Made by a program: the position numbers and the translations under genes
Notes under the pieces: generated by a model
Seen by the model: the letters and a program-made list of their open reading frames with translations, nothing else
What the model was told of the DNA's origin: nothing
The model's database searches: none
Assembly: GCF_006345805.1 (NCBI RefSeq)
Contig: NW_021829472.1
Span: forward strand, 1 to 6,041
Reading direction: 5' to 3'
Length of the DNA stretch: 6,041 nt
DNA from: Octopus sinensis
Taxonomy: Eukaryota
Shown here: positions 1 to 6,041 of the stretch, piece after piece
Layout: every line of letters starts with the position of its first letter
How positions within the stretch are numbered: position 1 is the stretch's first letter

Positions 1-256
1 GTCAGAACATCTAGATAAGATCTCAGGAGAAGCATGTCTCAGAGACATCCAAAAGAGTGGCTGACAAGTACTGCCACATCCTAAGAAAAACCCTATCCAT
101 TTAAATGTCTGTGTTCTATTACCTGGAGATATTTCACTACCTCCTCTCGCCAAGCTTTCAGGCTTATTGTAACATATCTTATCCTTCCCTCATCTCATGA
201 CGCTGGGTGTGTCTTGGCAAGTGACTGTAACAGAGATGCAGATTAAAAGTAAAAAC
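1..256 (+). mobile_element. 3' end (ORF C-terminus plus 3' UTR) of a decayed RLE-type non-LTR retrotransposon, R4/Dong-like; continues off the left edge
   Basis: Manual translation, allowing two 1-nt deletions (~59 and ~74), gives SEHLDKISGEACLRDIQKS(V)LTSTAHILRKTLSI* with TAA at 102-104. This resembles the IQK..L..TAHILRK.L C-terminus I recall for R4/Dong ORFs. About 150 nt of UTR follow, ending in a degenerate AAT run (257-270). Clade assignment is from motif recall. Confidence 0.72.
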
Positions 257-270
257 AATAAATAATATTA

Positions 271-970
271 CAGAATGAAGTACAAAAATTAATAATGATA
301 TCAAAGGAAGAAGTACAAAAAGGACATGAAGAAGAATTATGCATGAAAGGACTACACAATCAATTCCATGTAGCCACAACAGAAGTTGCAGGAAAAATAA
401 GTGGGTTTGCCTGATGAAAGGAACTCTAAAAAAAGAGACCGAGAGCACTATACTGGTAGTGCAGGACCAAGCTCTGACCACGAACTGGAGGGTCAACCTC
501 AGGTATGAGCTAATGTCTCTGCTGTGCCGCATCTGCAAAAGAGGGGATGAAACCATTGCCCATATCACGAACGAATGCCCTAGACTTGCCCCAAAACACT
601 ACAAGTTGTGGTGACACGACCAGGTAGCGAAAGTGCAACACTGGAAACTGTGCGAAAAGTGGGCGCTAGAGAGAGGCAAGAAGTGGTATGAGGACAAACC
701 GCAGAGAGTCGCAGAGTCGGAGACTCGCAAAATCCTCTGGGATTTCCCACTCCAAACAGATCAGGTGCTGGAGCATAAGAGACCAGACCTAGGGATGGTA
801 TACAAGGTGCTATATAGTTGATATCGCATGCCCCTTTGACCCACGAATAGTCAAGTAAGAAGGCGAAAAGATAGTACGAAATAGCCCGGCTATGGAAAAT
901 GAAGAAGATGATTTTTGTTGGGTCCTTGGAAACAGTATCAGGGGGCATCAAGAGGAATATAAAAGAAAAT
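271..970 (+). pseudogene. Disrupted retrotransposon ORF: post-RT region, CCHC zinc knuckle, PD-(D/E)xK restriction-like endonuclease
   Basis: Stitched translation: ..MKGLHNQFHVATTEVAGK/NKWVCLMKGTLKKETESTILVVQDQALTTNW..CRICKRGDETIAHITNEC(525-578)PRLAPKHYKLW*HDQVAKVQHWKLC..KWYEDKPQRVAESETRKILWDFPLQTDQVLEHKRPD(780-788)LGMVYK/CYIVDIACPFDPRIVK*EGEKI/YEIARLWKMKKMIFVGSLETVSGGIKRNIKE. Frameshifts at ~396, ~807 and ~874; stops at 612-614 and 856-858. Track ORFs 339..614 and 633..821 are the same frame, split by one stop. Confidence 0.9.
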
Positions 971-1108
971 TATTTATTAATTTTTTAAATACATATTTCA
1001 CTTGTGAATTTGCGTGTGTAATCTGGGAATGCATACAATGAGATTCTCTACCCTAGGTGTACGGTAAACACTCGGCGAGAACGAGAAGAAATTTGAAGAA
1101 AGAAGGGA
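271..1108 (+). mobile_element. 5'-truncated, decayed R4/Dong-clade (RLE) non-LTR retrotransposon
   Basis: Coding remnant 271-970 carries post-RT, CCHC and RLE motifs. About 140 nt of 3' UTR follow and end directly in (AAT)n at 1109. The 5' boundary is uncertain (271 to ~310). Confidence 0.88.
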
Positions 1109-1109
1109 A

Positions 1110-1148
<39 letters not shown>

Positions 1149-1170
1149 AATAATAGATAATAATAATAAT
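1109..1170. repeat. (AAT)n microsatellite, about 20 units, slightly imperfect
   Basis: Directly visible. It lies between the LINE 3' end (+) and the SINE 3' end (-). Confidence 0.97.
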
Positions 1171-1364
1171 CCTTTCTACTAAAGGCACAAGGCCTGAAAT
1201 TTGAGGGGAAGGGACTAGTCGATTACATCGACCCCAGTGTTCGACCCCAAAAGAGTGAAAGGCAAAATTGACCAAGGCGGAACTTGAAATCAAAGTACTG
1301 CGTCAGACGAAATACAGCTAAGCATTTTACCTGGCATACTAACGATTCTGCCAGCTCGCCGCCT
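1171..1364 (-). mobile_element. tRNA-derived CORE-type SINE, near-full-length monomer (unit A; octopus OK/OR-like)
   Basis: The minus strand begins AGGCGGCGAGC-TGGCAGAATCGT (A-box-like, 1342-1353). It has a degenerate B box GATTTCAAGTTCC (~1279-1291) and a CORE-like GCCTTTCA..GGGGTCGA, and ends GGCCTTGTGCCTTTAGTAGAAAGG-(ATT)n. Bases 1171-1240 match 1384-1453 at 62/70 positions (hand count). The family name is from recall. Confidence 0.88.
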
Positions 1365-1383
1365 TAGCAATATTAATAATAGT

Positions 1384-1546
1384 CCTTTCTACTAATGGCA
1401 CAAGGCCTGATATTTTGTGGGAGGGGACTAGTCGATTACATCGACTCCAATGTTTCACAGGTACTTAATTTATCGACTCCGAAGGGATGAAAGGCGAAGT
1501 CTACCTAGGTGGAATTTGAACCCAGAACGTGAAGACAGACGAAATA
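1384..1546 (-). mobile_element. SINE unit B (same tail as unit A, lacking the first ~50 nt); probable 3' half of a dimer
   Basis: Intact B box GGTTCAAATTCC (1511-1522), CORE-like GCCTTTCATCCCTTCGGAGTCGATAAATTAAGTACC, and the same AGTAGAAAGG end. A degenerate ATT tail follows at 1365-1383. Confidence 0.87.
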
Positions 1547-1548
1547 AC

Positions 1549-1752
1549 TATTTCTTTACTACCCACAAGGGTAGTAACACAGAGAGGATAAAGAAGGTCA
1601 GACAAACGGATTAAATCGATTATATCGACCCCAGTGCGTAACTGATACTTACTTAATCGACCCCGAAAGATGAAAGGCAAAGTCGACTTCGGCGAATTTG
1701 AATCAGAACGTAGTCGGCAGAAGAAATACTGCTAAGCATTTCGCCCGGCGTG
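1549..1752 (-). mobile_element. SINE unit C (same head/CORE, different 3' tail), lacking ~26 nt at its 5' end; probable 5' half of a dimer
   Basis: Bases 1615-1752 align with the head/CORE of A and B (tcgaccccagtg..tactt..atcgaccccgaaag.atgaaaggcaaagtcgac..gaatttgaa.cagaacg..gaaatac.gctaagcattt). Bases 1549-1614 are a distinct tail (minus strand ..CCCTTGTGGGTAGTAAAGAAATA). Confidence 0.87.
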
Positions 1753-1785
1753 ATAATAATAATAATAATAATAATATAATAATAC

Positions 1786-1827
<42 letters not shown>

Positions 1828-1856
1828 TGATGATAATAATAAGATAATAATAAATA
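1753..1856. repeat. (AAT)n microsatellite, imperfect
   Basis: Directly visible. Confidence 0.97.
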
Positions 1857-1995
1857 AGAAGAAGAAGAAGATAGAAATAAGAAGAAGAAGAAGAAGAAGA
1901 AGAAAAGAAGAGAAGAAGAAGAAGAAAAAGAAGAAAAAAAGAAGAAGAAAAAAAAAAGAAAGAAGAAGAAGAAGAAAGAAGAAGAAGAAGAAGAA
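1857..1995. repeat. (AAG)n microsatellite / polypurine tract
   Basis: Directly visible; interrupted by A runs and a few T. Confidence 0.97.
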
Positions 1996-3007
1996 TAAGT
2001 TAACTGGATTTGATCCAAAATTAAAAGAAACTAAGTATAAATCTAAGGAAGATATTTATGCTACCTATTCACTGATACTCGTTTACCATATTGTCACGAA
2101 GCAAACGCACCTCAGAGACACATTTTGAGGCCTACTAAAGGAATACGTTATAGCAAAAACATGATTTACGTAACACAGAATAAATGGTGTCCATATGAAA
2201 TCTCATTGAAGATTATATTTTGTGGACCCGGGTATGCTTGCTTGGGTTCCGGGCAGTAACCGTCCCTAGTCTGGCCTGATGTCTTAAATTATCCAAAATC
2301 TTTCTTTTTCTTTCTCAATAGAGAGTTTTGGCCAGTATTTCTAGTAAACCCTGCGACAAAATAAAGTTTCCTATATTCACTACTGAATTGATTCTTTAAC
2401 AATTTTTAAATAAGCGAATTAAAAAGAGTTAAAGTCACGCAGAAAACAATATATTTATATTCAGTTTTTGATCTAATCTAAATACAAGGGACAATAAAGA
2501 GAAAGAAGATATATCGTTCAAACACATTCGGCCATTTATTGGTTGGAAGAAATCAACTGGAAAAGCCAAAGTATCAGCACTTTTTGACCTGGAATTTTCA
2601 GATATGGACGTCATATATATATATCATCTAATGAGGGTATAACATAGACCACCGATAGCCCATCCCATTTCCTTTCGATTATATTCGCTTTTTTTATTTG
2701 TTTAGTTAATTTCTTTCTGAAGTATTGCTACGAAACACGATTCGTTGAAACAAGTTTCAAGCACTAACAGCTTATTATTGGCTAACGGCTTTGGAGAAGG
2801 CGTTTAGTAGAAATGAGAAACTCAGATAATGAGCTATTTTCCACCATTTTCTCTAAATCTATAAATCCACCACAGCTTACCCACTAGACAGGCCACACAG
2901 CTATTTCTTTATCTGTTCTCCCTCTACCTATCTATATATTTGTATATAAATACATAACATGCCTATATATGTATTTACGTATTTATAATATTTATATAAT
3001 TTATAAT

Positions 3008-3013
<6 letters not shown>

Positions 3014-3044
<31 letters not shown>
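3014..3044. repeat. (TA)n microsatellite
   Basis: Directly visible, within an AT-rich stretch starting near 2930. Confidence 0.95.
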
Positions 3045-3045
<1 letters not shown>

Positions 3046-3268
3046 GTATAGCTCTCTCGATGTATTTCCCACGCCTAGTACTTGCCTCAAATAAGTAATT
3101 GACTTCGATTAATCAGAACTACGTATAATATATTTGACATGTATATGTCTACTCCTCTGTTCCCGCCTTGATTCGATTTTCTGTCGCCAATCCAAACATT
3201 CCTTGCAATATTTAAAGTGATTCAAACGAAACATGTCTGCACGTAGACACTAATCCGAACAAATACCC

Positions 3269-3292
3269 ACACATACACACACACACACGCAC
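3269..3292. repeat. Imperfect (CA)n
   Basis: cacacatacacacacacacacgca. Confidence 0.85.
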
Positions 3293-3455
3293 AATTAAAC
3301 AAACACGCAATCCTCACCCAACTTATACATACACACAAACACGCAAATATATGCACCCGCAGAAAATCACTCTAAACCACACGAACATACATAGGTATAC
3401 ATGCATACAAATATCTGCACTAGTCTTTAAAATTTATAGTTGTTGCTCAGTACCA

Positions 3456-3489
<34 letters not shown>

Positions 3490-3548
3490 TTTCCCTCTGT
3501 CTATCTCTCTCACGTTCTTGCTTTCTCTCGTTCTTTCTCCCTCCCTCA
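3456..3548. repeat. (TC)n microsatellite and extended polypyrimidine tract
   Basis: Perfect TC run ~3456-3482, then degenerate C/T-rich sequence. Confidence 0.93.
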
Positions 3549-3664
3549 TTTATTTATTTTTTGCCACACCTCTCTGATTCACACAGTTACTCATCCTGCA
3601 TAACCAGAACAGCCTTATCTCTCTGCTTTGTTTTCCTCCTCATTTTCTCCTTCTTACTTCCTCC

Positions 3665-3687
3665 ATATATATATATGATTGTATGTG

Positions 3688-3725
<38 letters not shown>

Positions 3726-3862
3726 GCTATATATATATCCTATCCATACATACACAAACGTGCACACTCACACACATATATATATAATTATTTAATAAAT
3801 ATACATAAATATATTTTGTATGCATTATATAGTTGTATGTGCATGTATATATATATATATAT
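3665..3862. repeat. TA-rich low-complexity block with (TA)n runs
   Basis: (TA)n runs at ~3665-3737 and ~3846-3862, with CA/TA-mixed sequence between. Confidence 0.88.
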
Positions 3863-3865
3863 GTA

Positions 3866-3934
3866 GTATGTATGTATGTATGTATGTAATGTATGTATGT
3901 ATGTATGCAATGTATGTATGGTTGTATGTATGTA
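3866..3934. repeat. (TATG)n tetranucleotide repeat, imperfect
   Basis: Directly visible. Confidence 0.93.
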
Positions 3935-4043
3935 TTACTGCCCCTCTTCCTTTCACTCTGTCCCTTTCCATACAAAGTCTACTGCAGTCTTCCAAACTGG
4001 TTTTCACTGGACAAGAACTTCAGTCACGCTGATTGATCTCTGC

Positions 4044-4070
4044 TCTATCTATCTATCTATCTCTCTATCT
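4044..4070. repeat. Short (CTAT)n repeat
   Basis: ctctatctatctatctatctctctatc. Confidence 0.85.
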
Positions 4071-4224
4071 GTTAATTTCTAGGTTCAAAGCTTTTATTAT
4101 TAAACAGAACATCAAGTCAAGCGACAAGATAAACTTTCATAAAAGTTCCATACACTATATCATTGGCTAACGAGTCAGTAATTATTGTTCCTCATATGAA
4201 TATACAACATAATACACACACCAC

Positions 4225-4235
4225 TATATATATAT

Positions 4236-4292
<57 letters not shown>

Positions 4293-4302
4293 TATATATA
4301 CA
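4225..4302. repeat. (TA)n microsatellite
   Basis: Long TA run with few interruptions. Confidence 0.95.
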
Positions 4303-4398
4303 TACTTTTAGGGATATATTAATATATAATTTGAGTTACAGACCGCTGCTTGTGTCTGTGTCTATTGTATGCACCTATGTGCTATATGTAGATATATA

Positions 4399-4457
4399 TA
4401 TGTGTGTGTGTGTGTGTACGTACGTAATGTACGTATGTATGTATGTATGTACGTCTG

Positions 4458-4491
<34 letters not shown>

Positions 4492-4512
4492 TGTATGTAT
4501 GTATGTATGTAT
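4399..4512. repeat. (TG)n followed by (TATG)n compound repeat
   Basis: TG run ~4400-4417, then TATG units to ~4512. Confidence 0.94.
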
Positions 4513-4859
4513 ATTTCTGTATGGAGTTATGTCCAAATATGTTTTTGTGCCCAAATACGATTTTGTCAAATATATTTTTGACAGTTCTAACACATTTACT
4601 ATTTAACTACCCAGAGTGATGAAAACATACATATTGACAAACACATGCGTGGTATAGATACACACATCCACATTCATATGCTTATAGGGACACGTAAGTG
4701 CTTATATCAACAAAAATATTCGCTAACCATTTGTATAATTTATATACTTGCATGCCTACATAAACATACACGACCATCAATATGAGTGTGTCTGTGCGTG
4801 TATAAGCATGTATAAACATACCTAAAGACGGGCACACGATATGAATTTACAGAGGTGTA

Positions 4860-5160
4860 TACTTGCACATGCATGTGTGTACACATATACACATATACAC
4901 ATGTACGCGTATGTTATGTGCATAAATAATATAGAAATAGGTAGATGCATATATATATTATATATATATATATATATAGGTGCGTATATATATATATATT
5001 TGTATATATATATATTACATATATATAGATGCGTATATGTATATATATGTATATACATATATATAGATGCCAATATATAAATATATTATATATATAATAT
5101 ATCTATATATATAATAGATATATATATATATATATATGCGCATGTATGCGTATATACGTT
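4860..5160. repeat. Degenerate (TA)n/(CA)n alternating purine-pyrimidine block
   Basis: Directly visible; most TA-rich from ~4945. Confidence 0.88.
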
Positions 5161-5871
5161 TATATGTGCAAGGTTACGCACTTACTCCATGCGTGTATAC
5201 ATTGGTACGAACTAACACTTATACTTCTATGCTTCTATACATGATGATTGTAGGCATGCATACAAATATACATACATTCATACATAACTATAATGTTTTA
5301 ATTCGTTGTTGCAAGTCACATCTATCATGAAGAAAATATTTATCAGATCAGAAGTTCAAAAAGAGCAATGAAAATATTATATTTAGAGCGGTGATAATTT
5401 ATTTTTCAAGTACATCATGTGGATTTAGATATATTGATAGAGTCGGGTGTTTAAAGTAACCCTTTAAATTTCTAAACAAACACAAACCAACATGATTTCA
5501 TGGATAAGGCAGAAAAGGAAGCTTGTGGTATTTACATATCGTTATCTTTCCATTTCTATTTTTGTTTCGTTTTTTCTTGTATTTTTTGTGCATCTGGGTT
5601 TACGGGTACTTCTCATGTTTTTACCTTGTATTTATTGTTATTATATCTGAATTTCATTTAAGGTTTTTCAAAATAAATTCTTGTGCGACTCACCGTAGAA
5701 GCAATAATACGTACATACACACATATATATTTTTTGTTACACAAACTTATGAGTGTGTGTGTGTTTGTTTGAACTTACATGCCTATATACATACATATAT
5801 ACATTCATGTCGCCATATTTCAATTCGTTAAATTTCTATGCATAATTATAGGTATGTATATGCGTGAATAC

Positions 5872-5916
5872 ATGTGTGTATGTGTGTGTGTGTGTGTCTG
5901 CGTGGTTTGTGTGTGC
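5872..5916. repeat. (TG)n microsatellite, imperfect
   Basis: Directly visible. Confidence 0.9.
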
Positions 5917-5921
5917 ATATA

Positions 5922-6041
5922 TTCTTTCTTTGACTTTTACTTGTCTCAGTCATTTGACTGCGACCATGCTGGAGCACCGACTTAAATGGTTTTGTCGAAG
6001 AAATCGACACCAGGACTTATTTCTTGTAAGCCTAGTACATA
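5922..6041 (-). mobile_element. 3' part of a CORE-type SINE with a third tail type (unit D); continues off the right edge
   Basis: gtcgaagaaatcgacaccagg..tagtacata parallels gtcgattacatcgaccccagtg..ggtactta of units A-C. The tail (minus strand GGTGCTCCAGCATGGTCGCAGTCAAATGACTGAGACAAGTAAAAG) matches an abundant octopus SINE end as I recall it. Confidence 0.8.

Noticed and set aside
525-870. CCHC plus PD-(D/E)xK region as a stand-alone restriction or defence nuclease
   Set aside because: Motif order, 3' UTR, AAT tail and multiple disruptions identify it as a retrotransposon RLE remnant in eukaryotic DNA.
179-951. Minus-strand ORFs 179..568 and 580..951
   Set aside because: They are antisense shadows of the + strand LINE coding remnant and carry no recognisable motifs.
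1171-1752. Repeated ~190-nt units as a CRISPR array or tRNA gene cluster
   Set aside because: The units are diverged, variably truncated and tailed, with no constant repeat-spacer period and no complete cloverleaf. They are better explained as SINEs.
1653-2018. 121-aa minus-strand ORF (poly-S/F/I)
   Set aside because: It is a translation of (CTT)n and (ATT)n repeats plus SINE sequence.
2745-2760. Palindrome TTGAAAC-AA-GTTTCAA
   Set aside because: A single 7-bp inverted repeat is expected by chance in 6 kb of AT-rich DNA, and there is no supporting context.
2876-2885. Minus-strand donor-like TGG|GTAAG
   Set aside because: It is an isolated motif with no supportable exon.
3941-4032. Pyrimidine tract plus AG followed by short reading frame SSKLVFTGQELQSR*
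   Set aside because: It could be a splice acceptor, but no convincing donor or protein similarity was seen, and pyrimidine tracts are common here. RNA-seq would be needed.
5688-5698. Minus-strand donor-like ACG|GTGAGT
   Set aside because: There is no plausible upstream acceptor with a pyrimidine tract, and the hexamer is expected by chance.
3351-5985. All tracked ORFs rich in YI, CV, HT, LS or MYVC repeats
   Set aside because: They are stop-free by virtue of di- and tetranucleotide repeats, with no domain-like sequence.

Overview
Eukaryotic, repeat-dominated non-coding DNA; no intact protein-coding gene, rRNA, tRNA or CRISPR array is supportable. The SINE types and microsatellite density suggest an octopus/cephalopod genome (inference from recalled SINE consensus sequences, not a search). 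Bases 1-1108 hold two tandem, + strand, decayed 3' fragments of non-LTR retrotransposons with a restriction-like endonuclease (RLE), best matching the R4/Dong clade. The second keeps a CCHC knuckle and PD..D endonuclease motifs, and each ends in an AAT/TAA run. Bases 1171-1752 hold three minus-strand tRNA-derived CORE-type SINE units (a monomer plus a probable dimer) embedded in (AAT)n, followed by an (AAT)n-(AAG)n compound microsatellite. Bases ~2000-2930 are unassigned AT-rich sequence. Bases ~2930-5920 are crowded with simple repeats, which explain nearly all remaining ORFs in the track. A fourth SINE unit with a different 3' tail runs off the right edge. The most interesting structure is an AAT microsatellite that appears to have been hit repeatedly: by LINEs on one strand and by SINEs on the other. 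This is a hypothesis built from known element classes, not evidence of a new gene system.
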